Assembly (NCBI RefSeq): GCF_963921235.1
Contig: NC_086097.1
Location: 167,216,001-167,280,000, forward strand
Length of the DNA: 64,000 nucleotides
Source: Mobula hypostoma
Taxonomy: Eukaryota
Reading direction: 5' to 3'
In this document: in pieces, positions 51,858-64,000 of the stretch
Layout: every line of letters begins with the position of its first letter
Position numbering within the stretch: the stretch's first letter is position 1
Made by a program: the position numbers and the translations under genes
Notes under the pieces: generated by a model
The model's input: the letters and a program-made list of their open reading frames with translations, nothing else
Databases searched by the model: none
Told to the model about the DNA's origin: nothing

Positions 51858-52879
51858 AGATGAGAGTTTTAAGTGAGGTGAGCACGTATCATGTGGTGGT
51901 CTCATGACATATGCAATGTGCTTCTTTTTATATATAACCCAGAATGAATTACTTAAACAAAGAAAGTTTAATCAACATACTTACAAGACTACTCAAGTGT
52001 TCCTGAAATATTAAATACACGGCGTCGAGCAGCACAAGTCACCACACAATCTGTAGCCATTCAGAATGCTTGTATCATACGGCCACATTTGTTGGGATTA
52101 ATTTCAAATGAATATTTCAAACCATAAACCAATTACTATTAATTCTAAAGAAGTTTCTCAGAACGCTAATGCCCAAGAACGGAAAAGCCAACTCACATTC
52201 TTGGTATTATTTATTTTCCTTTTTGCACATTGGTTGTTTGTTAGTCTTTGTGTGCAGTTTTTCATTCACTCTATTGTATTTCTTTGTTCTACTGGGAATG
52301 CCTGCAAGAAAATGAATCTCAAGGTAGTTTATGGTGACATGTACCGTACATACTTTGATAATCAATTTACTTTAAACTTTGAGGTAGTACTACTTTGGAC
52401 AACAGCACAAGGAATTGCACGGACTGGTGAAACACTTGTAAAGGGACCCTGACAAGGAGAAATACTAACCAAACTTCTTTCAGACAGGTAGGTTTGAAAG
52501 CTAATATTTAAAAAGTACTGTTTGTAGGAGAGCGATTGAGTTTTAAATTTCACATTGTTATGTGTCAAAGAAAGGAAACTGCAGAAATTGGCTCATTTAA
52601 AGCAAAATAAATCTTGGAAATGAAAGACAGTTCCTGTTTTGGCAATTCACATCAGCTCTTACAGACATGATCTAAAAATTACACTATTGAAAAAAATGTA
52701 GTCATTGTTTTCATTTCTGTTTCTTATTGACAAAACGAATAGCATATTTAAAGATGCCATGATTATATATTAACTGTAGTGCTTCTTGAAAAGCAAATCT
52801 CATCGCATTCTATACAAAGTGGGGAAAAGTAACATGAAACAAATGTGCAATACACCCTTTCCATTTTTACACTAACACA

Positions 52880-54760
52880 GAAAGAACAGTATGACACAGG
52901 AATTGGCCCTTAGGCCCACCATGACTGTACTGAGCCAAGTTAAACCAAAATAGTTCTGCCTGTGTATGATCCATGTCCCTCCATTCCCTACATGCTCATT
53001 ATTTTAAACACCACTCTCAATCTGCTTTCACCACTACCCCCGACGTACAAGTAAAAAAGAACCTTGCCCCACACATCTCCTTTAAACATCCCCCCTCTCA
53101 CTTTCAATGCATATACATTAGTACCAGTACATGGCATCAAAGGTTACAGGGTAGAGGCCGGGGAGTGGGGCCAAGGAGGGGAAAAATAAAAGGATTAGCC
53201 ATGATTAAATGGTGGAGCAGATTCAATGGGCCAAATGGCCCAATTCTACTCCTATGATTTATGGTCTACTTGATATTTCTACCCTGGGAAAAAAGATTCT
53301 GACTGTCTACCCTATATGCTTTTCATATTTTTTTATAAACAGGTCTCCCCTCAGCATCTGACACTCCAAGAGCAAACAACTCAAGTTTATTCAACCTCTC
53401 CTTTTAACACATGCCCTTTAAATCAGGTTAGCATCCTGATAAATCTTTGTTGTACCTTTTCCAAAGCCTCCACATTCTTCCTGTAATGAGGTGACCAGAA
53501 ATGCACACAATACTCCAAGTGTGGCTTAATCGAAAGGTTTTGTGTAGCTGTAACGTGTCTTTGGTCTTCATATTCAGTGTCCTGATTGATTAATGCTTTC
53601 CTTTGCTACTCATGCTTTGTCAAACAGAAGGTCTTGCAGTTTTCTTGACTGCACTTCTCATACACGGTAGAGCTGACAGCTAGTTCAAGAACATGAGAAA
53701 ATGGGAGGAGTAGACTGCCAGCTCCTCAGGCCTGCTGTGGTATTCAATATGATCACGACTGATCTATGCTGGCCTCTTTGCTTTGCCAGTTCCCCACGAA
53801 TGCATTTAATGATCCAGATTCCACCACCTTTGGGGCAGAGAAATCCGGAGGTTTACTCCTCTCTGAGAAATGGTTGCAAGTAGCTTAGTTTTAAATGACT
53901 ATTCCATTGTTCATGACTCTCTGTCTAATGAAAACATCACAACAGCTACTCTGTCAAGCCTTCTTAGACACTTGTATATTTGAATAAGGTCAGCCCTCAT
54001 TCTTCTAAACTCCATGGAATACAGACACAAACAGTCCAGCTTCTCATGATAGGACAGCTCTGTCATCCCAGAAATTAACCTGTGAAATCTTTCTAATGCT
54101 ACTACATTCTTTTTCGGGTAAGGGATCCAAAATTGTGCACAGTATTCCAGATGTGGTCTTACCAACGCCCTATAAAAATGTAATAAAACTGCCCTGTCCT
54201 TGAACTCCAACTTCCTTGCAATGAAGTCTAAAGTGCAACTATTTTGTGATTTATACACCAGAACACTTAGATAGATCTGCCGGACATCACCTACTTGCAA
54301 TTTCTCTCGGTTTAATTTCCTTTTACCCAAGTACATGATCTCACACTTTCCTACATTAAACTTCATTTGGCTGGTTATAACCCACTGACTATATATCTCG
54401 TTTTGGAGAATCACATTGTCCTCATCACAACATGCCCTTCCACCTACCATTGGCAAACCACCTACCATGTACCATTGGCAAACTTGGAAACCTTGCATTT
54501 CTCTCCCTTTTCTCATTAACATAAATAGTAAGCAACTTGCTGGGATACTCCATGGGTTACAGCTCTCCGGCCTCAAAAGGTCCCACTTATTCTAACTTTG
54601 TTTTCTATGTGAATTTTCAATCCATGCTGATACACTTCCTCTTGGGGCTCTTTGTTTACTCACCAGCCTCTTAGGTGACACCTTGGCAAATGCCTTTTAG
54701 AAACCTAAATGCATTACAGCTACAGGTTCCCCTTTATCAACCTTCCCTGTCACTAACTCA
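52880..54760 (-). mobile_element. CR1 LINE fragments (at least two copies)
   Basis: ORF 53911-54576: MKFNVGKCEIMYLG..LHFYRALVRPHLEYCAQFW..LYSMEFRRMRADLIQIYK. A second 3' fragment lies at 52880-53610. Confidence 0.8.
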
Positions 54761-55749
54761 AAGGTTTTACAACATAGAAGCAGCTCGCACATGCCATCCT
54801 TTCTGCACATCTACTAACTCAACTTAATTAGATCTGTATTTTTCTAAGCCTGGCTATTTAAGTACCTACCTAAATTTCTCTTAAATGCTTGTGTCAGACT
54901 CCACCATCTCCTCTGGCAATGAGCTCCAGATATGAAACAAACTGCAAAAATAAACTTCCACTCAAATCCTCTTTAAACTCCTTCCTCTCATTTTTTTGAT
55001 ATCCCTACTACAGTATGTACAAGCCGTATGCTTCTATGCCCCTCCAATTCTACCCACAGCCCTCCCACCACCTCGTCAACTCTGAGCATGATTTCCCACC
55101 TGTCGGGTGTGTAGTACAAATATTCCCACAGTGCTAATAGGTAGATTCAGCAATTGGAGGGTTTATAATCTTCAGGTGGGATAAGAAGGGGAAAAAATGG
55201 CAGCATTCCAATCTTAACAAAAGACTCCATTAGTGCAATGATGAGGGAGGATATCCAAGAATTTTAAAATAAGACCACATGGTACTGCTTACAAAACAAG
55301 GGACAATCACTTTGCTGGGGGTATAATACAGGGTACACTCAGCAGAAGAGATACAAGGTAAACCACACAAACATGCAAGGATCATAGCTACATGGCAATT
55401 GTAAGAGATGTCAACTTCACAAACTTCTACTGAAATCATTGCAGTGTGAAAGTTTTAGACAGGGTGGAGTTTCTTTTAAATGTGACCCTCAAAGAATTTA
55501 CCTTTCATAAATTGACATTGACTACGTTTGATTATATTCAACCTTTCCACGTGATTGGTTACTTCTTTGGTTATTGACTCTAGCACGTTGCCAACAATAA
55601 ACTTAAGCTAACTGGGCCCTGGTTCCCTGTCTTTTTGAACTGGCTGTTTTCAGTCTTCTGGTACCCTCCCTAAATTTCAACACTGGGTCTGCTATCTCTC
55701 CTGTAGCTGGGCTTGGTTTTGATTGTGGCTCATCAATTTGATTATGGGC

Positions 55750-56425
55750 AACAAATTGATTGTAGACTTCAGGAAGCAGAAATCAGAAGATCACAGAGCA
55801 GTTCTGAAAGGGGTCAGCAATGGAAAGTATGAGCCGCTTCAAGTTCCTGGGTGTTAACATTTCTGAAGATCTGTCCTGAGCCCAACACACTGATGCAATT
55901 ACAAAGAAGCCATACCAGTGACTATATTCCATTCAGAGTTTGAGGAGATTTGGTATGTCACCAAAGACTCTAACAAACTTCTATAGATGTGTTGCATTCT
56001 GACTGGTTGTATCACTATCTGGTATGGAGCCACCAAACGTACAGGATTGGAGAAAGCTGAAGACGGCTGTAAGCTCAGCCAGCTCCATAATCGGTACTCG
56101 CCTCCCCACCACAGGACATCTTCAAAAGGCAATACCTTAAGAAGGTAGCATCCATTATTAAGGACACTCACCATCCAGGAATGTCCTCTTCTCCTTACTG
56201 TCATCAATGAGGTACAGCATCCTGAAGCATGTTTGAGGAACAGCATTCTGCCATTGTATTTCTAAACACTCCATGAACCCAAGAACATTACATCACTTTT
56301 TGCTTATGTTTGCATTTTTTATATATTCCTATTGTAATTTATAGTAATTTTTATGTCTTGCGCTCTACTGCTGTTATAGATCAAATTTCACAACATACAT
56401 CAGTGATAATAAAACTGGTTCCGGC
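55750..56425 (+). mobile_element. Rex1/Babar-type LINE 3' fragment
   Basis: TTGATTGTAGACTTCAGGAAG..TTCAAGTTCCTGGGTGTTAACATTTCTGAAGAT.., ending in a GATAATAAAACTGGTTC tail. Confidence 0.75.
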
Positions 56426-57829
56426 TAAACAGGTTCAGGCAACTGGCCAGCAAATTCACATTTGCCTTTAACCCCAACTTACCTGCTCAGGTGAAATCCA
56501 CAATGTTCATCCTGTGAACTCAGGTGAGGGTCTTACAGTATCCCCTTCTCCTGGACCCAGGTGACAGCCGCATCTCCAGCTCACAAGAGTGACCCACTTC
56601 TGGTTTAAAGATGCAGAGGAAATCCCCTGCCCCAGAACAAGAGAAGTGAACGTGCTTGATCCAGCCATGGGATGGGGTGCGGTGGTAGTAATTGGACAAG
56701 GAAGGTTGGGAGTGCAAACCCCTACTCTCTACGTCCCCAGCGCAAGCCGAACATACGACACACATTTCACCGTGCCTCGGCATGACAATGCACACAGCTT
56801 CTGCAGCCCAGCCTGCACAAAAACAAACTTTCTCTTGAAAGTTACTCACCGTCAACTCTACAATGGGTGCAAGAGGGAAGAAGTTTATTTGAACAAGCTC
56901 CCTGTCTGGATTTCTACCCCTTACATTCCAGCCAAGCGTAGGTTGGTAGAGGAAAGAAAATTGCAATCGTACATGAACTGTGTTGACAGACATTTAAACA
57001 TCCTATTTATCAAAAGAAACCCTCTCCCAGGTCATCATTAAGACTTCAATGGGGAGCTGGAACCTGGGCACATTCTGTCAGGAAAAGGCACCTGGAATAG
57101 TTCAATGACATATTTATTTCAAAAGTGAATTGTTCCCAGTATCATGTCAACCGGCTCCGTCACTAACTCACCTTAGAGGCAGAAGAAACCAGATTCAAGC
57201 CCCCAACCCAGAGACAAGACCTGAGATGCAAGTCCGGAGCCCAGCCTGGCGGTGAAGGACTATCTGTGTGGATGTGTGGGAGGGAGAAAAGAGACTTGTT
57301 TTCTGTTGCTGTTTTAATGCCTGTTGTTTCGTGTTTTACTGCTGAACATCCTGGGTATACTTTTTTGCACCGGAATACGTGGCGACATATACGGACTTGG
57401 CGCAGCAAATCCTTCCGTTGTGCTGGTTGTTAAAGCAAAGGACTATGTGTCGATGTATACGAGATTAATAAGTGCATCTGAATCTGAAGAATAGGGCTGA
57501 GGGAAGGCTGCACAGTCAAAGATGCAACCTTGCAATGTGCTATTACAAGTTAGACTAAAGGGTTCTCTGGCACAGTTTAGAAATATTCTATTTATTGTTG
57601 AATGCATGTCATAAAATTATATTTGCTCATTAGAAGGATCTTACTTTTCACGGGTTGGCTTTCTCAGGTTCCACATTACACTGTTTTCAAGAGTGCTTGA
57701 TTGGCTGCTAAGATGTGGAAGGAGCTATGCAAATGCAGGGAATTTTATTCATGGCTTTCAATCGGAATGACATTTAGGAAAAATATATACTTGAAATTAG
57801 AGGGACGATCAGGTTACTAATGCTGGAAA

Positions 57830-60600
57830 CAGCGGCACATCTGCCTCCCCTTCATTCGGTGGGCTTTTAGCTGCAAACTTCGAAGCTGCGTCGGAAACGA
57901 TCGAAAAGTCAGTTCTGTCCAAAGCCTGCCACTACTAGCCCCGCCGTGCCTCTCCCTAACCGGGGCCGCTTTCGTCCGAACCTGATAATGGGACCGAGAC
58001 TAATGAACCAGCCAGCCATCCAGTCCGCCCTACACTGCGGACGGGACAGCGATACAGTGTTAGATCCAAGCACAATTAAACTTGACTATCTCGGAAACTC
58101 CCGTAACTTGCAAAGACAATAAGAACTTTGTATTCATTTCCAATTCTGGTTTAAGCTGCAGCCATTTCTACCTCGACAGGTCACTTGGGAAAATCTCTGG
58201 CTGAAAGTTCCTTCCTGACTGAAAGGGTTTGATGAGGAGATCGTGATCTGTCCTGATGTTTACACGGAGCAAAATTGCCCGCGGTGTTAAAAGCATTTGG
58301 CTTGGGGCATTTTTTTCTTGAATTATGCGGGGAAATCTCGATTAGTTTTCGAATTCTGTCATCTCAAGGGGTAGTTGTTAGGGATAAAATGCACCTAATC
58401 AATTATAAAGTCGTTTTTCCTTTCAAAATCCCCCCATAACAATAAAAAAGTCACTATAACTGCTAGAAACGCAGTGTTATAGCATTGCATTTAAACAGCC
58501 GGACTTACAAACATTTTTTTTTAAAGAATTGTTTCCAAATAATGTAGCCTTTAGGGAAGTTTGCATTTATGGAGAGAAAGTATAAAGCAAGAGTGGAAGG
58601 GGTGATACAAAAAAAAACTCAGATACTTCCGTCGGTTTGGTCAAATTAACAGATCTTAAAAGGCTGTTATCTAGACGCTCTCTTACCAGCTACTAAACAG
58701 ATGGGCAGAAGCAGTCTGAAGATTAGGCCACACACCACTTCCGATGCCATTGTGAGTAAGACGGTTCTCTTCTCAACCCTACCGCGGGGAGGGGGTCAAA
58801 TACTCATCGGTTGCCCGCAGTTTATCATTCGCAACGTGCGAAAGAAAATAAGAAAATTCCATCAAATTCGGGCCGGATTTCAAAGCAACCTTCTCATGGT
58901 ATCCTTGGAAAGTTGTCTCGGCGTTAGCCTTCCAATCCCGGCAAATCTCAACAGATGGCTCGCATCGCCCGCACATCCAAGTACCTGGTCAACGGATGGA
59001 GCCTAAGGATCGTTACAGATAGTGTCCCGGGTGCCTCGACATTGTAAAGAACTTGCCGGTCTTTACTGAGAGGTGGGTCGGTACAACTGGACCAGTAACG
59101 AGTGCCTTTCTGGAAAAGCGGGACTTCACAGTGTTCCGCTGTAGATCCCTTATCCAGAATGACTCATCAGGGTAAGACAGCAACACGTTTCACTGATGGT
59201 ACCCCAGCCGATTACTGTCTGCGAGTATTCACTATCGGGCTGGCTCCCGCTGATCAATTTATTGGTTACCTTGATTTCACAAAAATAAGAGAGAAACTGC
59301 CTTTTTGTTTAGGAGCACGCCTATCTGTTCCCGAAGTTGGTGCTGCGATAGTTTTAATTCCCGCTGATCGTGGGTTGAAATTGCAGCCCGGTCTCGCTGA
59401 TGCCCCGTGCGAGTCTAAGTCCCCAGCCGCTGGCTGCTGCTCTGCAAGCTACAGTAGCCTATCCACCTTCAATGAAACTAAAGGCGAAACACCGCCCCAC
59501 TTGCCCTGATTGACTTTCAGTCCGACCATTCACAAATCGAGGAAGCGACATGCATATGTGGAAAAAGAACACACCCAATTTGCAGCCCGGCGAGTTGGAG
59601 GGGACTTGTGTCTTTGAGCCAGTTTTGAAACTCTCTGCGTTGTGCGTTCTCGAATTATCAGGAGGCCCTGTAATCTTCCAAATTAAACACTCAAAGCGAT
59701 AGCAGATAGTACTAACAATTTATAAAACTATGATTTTAAAGTCCCAAGTCTATAAATTAGAAGTTCGTTGCTGAAGATCGTGTGTTTTACCGTCTATTTA
59801 TAAATCAATTCGTAAACTAACAGGTGTAAAATGAAAGAAAAAAACATTTTAAAATAGAAAATATTTTTTAAAGTAAAAGCGCTAAATTGACAGTACTTAT
59901 GTACACGTTTCATCATATTTTTCGCGGTGTGCTCCGCAATGAACGAAAGATGGCCCGTGAAATAGAGCTAATTTTCCCCGTCTTTATTTCGCACCCAGAT
60001 TTACGCTCGACAATTCCCCAAGGGGTGTTCTTCCAGTTTCAGGTGTCTAAGAGCATCGAAACGGGAAACGGAAAGAGTCGCTGCTTTTCTTCACAGGAAT
60101 TTAACTTTTTATGCTCAGGATGTTTGAATAATTGAGAACGTTTTCCTGGGGAAAAAATGGTAGAGGATCTTTCAAAATCGTCAACAGGAAAGTGATTAAC
60201 TTAAAACACGTAGGGATTTTGCTCTGCACATACATTCTCCATTGAACGAAACAATTCAATATGCAATGAACCAACATATTTTAAACTTTCCTCTTAACTT
60301 TTGAAAACATGATTGTGTGATGGTGAGCATTTCTGCTATAGTGAAAATCAGAAATTAAACCGACCCATTGACGGTATTTTTTTAAGATGATCAAGCTATT
60401 GAGAATTTGTTCATAACAGCTTTGGTAATTGACATTATTATCCAGAGGCAAAAAAGAAGTTTCCAGATGCCGAAAACTGAAATATAAAACTAGAGCGCGG
60501 GAAGATCTCAAGAGGTTCAGTACTAAAGCAGGTTCTCCACCCGGAACGTCGGAACCCGGAACCTTCCTCAAAATTTGCTTGACCTAACGAGTTCTTCCAG
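57830..60600. promoter_or_regulatory. CpG-rich, mostly non-repetitive block (candidate CpG island/regulatory region)
   Basis: Visibly much higher CG dinucleotide density than the rest of the window. GC-box-like CCGCCC motifs (about 58025, 58966, 59493). No recognisable ORF. Confidence 0.5.
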
Positions 60601-62139
60601 CGTTGATTTTGTTTTTTTTAAAAAATATATAGTGTTACTGTAATAAGATGTTCAGTTGTTTTCTTTACACACTAAGGATTTAATTATTTATTACATTTAC
60701 GTTGAAGCACATTAGCCTTAAATAGTTGTAGATCTAATGGGCTAATGTGCATGGAGTCAAACACGGTGACTAATTAACTTGTCAGCCAAATAACAACATG
60801 CCACCTATTTATTGTAATTTTGTAATGTGATGGGAAAAAAAACTAGGTTAGTTAGCAAGCAGTTAATTGGGTGTATTTCCCAGCTGGTTATAAATGGGAT
60901 TCCTAATTAGCCTGAATGGTAGATAAATGATAGTTAAATACTTAAACAATTATCAATGCATGAATTGATTCACCTGGTGAAAGATGTAAATGTTTTATAG
61001 GAACACCACTTTGCTAATGAGCAATTAGTGATTTATTTGATAGTTATCTAAATAAGATTGGTCTCAGTTAAGCATTTAGAAAACTACTGTGAAGGATAGG
61101 ATGTATCATGACAAATTTCCTAGTGAGAAGGATATGCCGTCTCATGGAATATTTGGTGACCTTCACAAAACCCATGGGTTCAGTTAGCTAATAACCAGGA
61201 GAAAGCTGGCTTTCAAGGTTGATGCTAGACTTCACCTAATCTGAGACAAATTATAGGGACAGCATCTTGTTTATCAGCTGGGTAGTCTATAATCCAATGC
61301 ATTGAACCATCTAATTTCAGACTGTTTCCCCTCTCCACTTTTTCTTCCCTGATCTTCCTAGTTCATGTATGACTGCAATCTCCTTTCCAACTGTCCCCTT
61401 ATTTCTTTGCTCTTCTATGCTGCAATTTCTTCTCCTAGCAGATTCCGTTACCTACAGCCTTTTGTCACCTCCCAGACTCTGTTGCTGTTTCTATTCTCCC
61501 CTGCTCCATCTGTTTATCATCCTTTTCCCACAAGATTTACCTATTGTTTGCTAGCTCTTGACATACCCCATCTCCTTGCCCCCTCATAAAGGCTTTCTCT
61601 CCTCTATCTTTCATTCCAGATCATGACCTAAAATGTTAATGGGCCATTTCTCTTCACAGATGTGATCTCACCTGCTGATTTCCTCCAGCATTGTTGCTGT
61701 GTCAGGCTCCAGCATCTGCAGTCTATTGTGTCTCTGTTTGGCCATTGAGTTCTTGTACATTTACAATACCTTGAACACATGAGATTGATATTTCTATGCA
61801 CCACTGAAGAAGAGCTGCAATGGTTAGCTGTTCCATCTTTTGTCTGAGTTTTTAAACCAAGTCTCCCCCCCCCCCACCCCAGGCAATTGTAAAAGTTCCA
61901 ATGACAGCTTTCCTACAGAACTGCTGAGTTCTACCAGTTGCCTTGGCCACTAATGTTTCTTAACCAAAATGACTGAACTGTTGATTGGATCCTTTGCCTC
62001 AGTGCTGTGCCAGGCTGCCCACTGAATTTACAAGTGTACAAAATGACTTCACTCTGTAATGAGCTTAATTGCCTGTACATGCTTCTGAAGATTTGAAAGG
62101 GCCAAAAGGTCACCAATAAAATGGTGCATTGATACTGCA

Positions 62140-62660
62140 CTTAAGCGCTGCAATTCACAGCACCAGTCGCCCAGGTTCAATCCCCATGTGCTCTCTGTGC
62201 ACAGATAGCACATTCTCGCTGTGACAAATTGTGTTTTGCTGGTTTTCTCCCATATACCAGTGGCATACTGATGGGTTAGCTGGTTACCATAAATTATTAT
62301 AGGGCAGTGGCAAAAGAATCAAAGAAGAGTTGGCAGGAGAGTCTAAATTTCAGGAATGGGAGGTTACTCTGCAGGAAGCCAGCATGAACACAAAGAGCTT
62401 TATTTGTCACCTGTACATCAAAACATGCACTGAAGTGCATCATTTGCAGCAAATCAAATCAGTGAGGATTGCGCTGGGCAGCCTGCAAGTGTTGCCATGT
62501 TTCCAGGGCCAACATAGCATGCCCACAACTCACTAACTCTAAGCATACATCTTTGGAATGAGGGAAGAAACTGGAGCACCCAGAGGAAACCCATGTGATC
62601 ATGGGGAGAATGTACAAAGGCCTTACAGACACCAGTAGGAACTTTGAACTTACAACTGAA
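62140..62660. mobile_element. Two decayed HE1/V-SINE-like SINEs in opposite orientation
   Basis: CAGGTTCAATCCC B-box plus core on the + strand (62150-62390). TTTGGAATG..GAAACTGGAGCACCCAGAGGAAACCCA (reverse-strand core) at 62550-62600. Confidence 0.55.
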
Positions 62661-63097
62661 GCTGTAAGATCATAATTTTAAACTCCTACTTTGTAATTCT
62701 CATCAATTATCTTCACATCTTTTAGTTTCATTTATTCTTTTCTAAATACCTTTAGTTTTATTTTAATTTTTGGAATAATCGTTGCTGGTTTTCTTTGCAC
62801 CATTTCCAATGCACCAACTAGGGGCTGACAAGTACATATTAAGTATCAGTATCTGGGAAGTTGCAGTGAATATGTTTACCACAGTTTTGACTCTGAGTCA
62901 AACTAACACAGTTAATGCCTTTCTATTTACCTACCATTTCCACTGACTCACCCAAAGTTCTCAGTGGATCATCTCCTGTAATGTCTTGGCCACTCTTTCC
63001 TTATTTAAATCACTTGCTGTATCTTCTATTTTTTGTGAATTTTACTGGCAAGGCCTAATGCATCCTTAATTGCCCCTTACTCCATTTTGGAGTCAAC

Positions 63098-63510
63098 CCA
63101 ATGAAGGGTCTTAACCTGAAATGCTGACTATTTCTCTCCATAGATGCTGCCTGACCCAATGAGTTGCTTCAGGAGATTGGATTTTGCTGTCGATTCTGGC
63201 ATCTACCATCTCTCATGTCTCCAGGGCAGCCACATTGCTAGGGGCTGGTGTGATATATAAGCTAGAATGGCATCTTGACAGTGAATCAGAGAAATTTTAA
63301 TGAAACTCTGGTAGTTCACTGGTCACCATTTATTTAATTTGGGTAGCATGAGAAATAGAGCTAACATTTCAGGTTACTGATCCTTTGTTAGAACCTGAAA
63401 TGTTGATCACTCCTTCCATCCCAGAGATGCTACTCAGTCTGCTGAGTTCCTTGAGCAGATTGTTTGTTGCTCCAGATATCAGTGTCTGTAGTCTCTTGAG
63501 TCTCCAAGAG
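63098..63510 (+). repeat. Two Penelope-type short repeats
   Basis: ATGAAGGGTCTTAACCTGAAATGCTGAC..ATAGATGCTGCCTGACC (63102-63220) and a second copy at 63390-63505. Confidence 0.55.
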
Positions 63511-64000
63511 GAAAGAAGCAAGTGGATTTTAAAATTGCAGAGAGGTTTTGGGGTGAGATGTACAGAACTATATCAGATGAGGCTAGGTAAATGAGGTCTT
63601 CAAAACAATGGGTTAATAAATGAAGTTAAAGAGCAAAGGATCTTGAAATCTATGAGATGAGTGTAGAGAATCAGAACACAAAGCAATGTAAAAGTGCCCA
63701 AGCAATAGAGAGAGGAAACACTGAGCCACTGTCCCAGCTGAATGACCTGGCCTTTTAGGTTAGGAGAAAGGAAGTTACTTGAAATTTAAAAAAAAATTTG
63801 TTAAATCACATCCCCTGTAGTCTGCTGTGCAAATTTCACCACCAAGACATTGAGGGACAGATAGGCAGGCAGATTAAGTAAAGGTGTAAATTCAATAGCG
63901 TTGTTGTCATGGGGGACTTCAACTTAGACCATCAGGCCTTTTAACATTTGAAATGTTTCTGAGATTCCGCCCCCCCCCCCACCCCATTCTCCTGAACTCC

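Larger units (their letters stand above)
42376..52024 (-). mobile_element. Old Gypsy LTR retrotransposon (outer element), decayed gag-pol, split by nested insertions at about 42630-48038
   Basis: LTR copies at about 42376-42621 and 51633-52024 share GACATATGCAAT..TATAACCC..TTAAACAAAGAA..TTACAAGA.TACTCAA..ATATTAAATA. PPT-like CTCCTCTC at 42622. Degenerate PBS at about 51621-51632. Pol remnants LKRLEDYGLKAQCDKCEFF (49554-49736) and integrase C-terminus FTPGQAVLAKNYRGDQKW..RHIDQLR (48214-48645). Possible TSD TAGAG/TCGAG. Confidence 0.8.

Noticed and set aside
56520..57041. 150-157 aa ORFs on both strands
   Set aside because: No recognisable homology. At most a very old LINE endonuclease-like remnant.
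58701..59509. ORFs within the CpG-rich block
   Set aside because: No recognisable protein family. Longer chance ORFs are expected at higher GC content.

Overview
Repeat-dense, AT-rich eukaryotic DNA. The repeat families suggest a cartilaginous fish, most likely a ray/batoid (inference). I recognise no intact host protein-coding exon, so this is probably intergenic or intronic. Most of the window is decayed LINEs (Rex1/Babar-type and CR1), SINEs, Penelope-type short repeats carrying hammerhead-ribozyme-like relics, Tigger/pogo and hAT DNA transposons, a solo LTR and a minisatellite. A CpG-rich, largely non-repetitive block lies at about 57.8-60.6 kb. The stand-out feature is a Gypsy LTR retrotransposon at 43696-47828 (minus strand) with two LTRs, a 5-bp target-site duplication (TSD), a primer-binding site (PBS), a polypurine tract (PPT), an open gag and a protease. 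Its RT/RNaseH/integrase region is replaced by an intronless copy of the host SUDS3 (Sin3/HDAC corepressor subunit SDS3) mRNA, in frame with gag-protease, resembling retroviral oncogene transduction. This element is nested in a LINE, which is itself nested in an older Gypsy element. Boundaries of decayed repeats are approximate unless a TSD is quoted.
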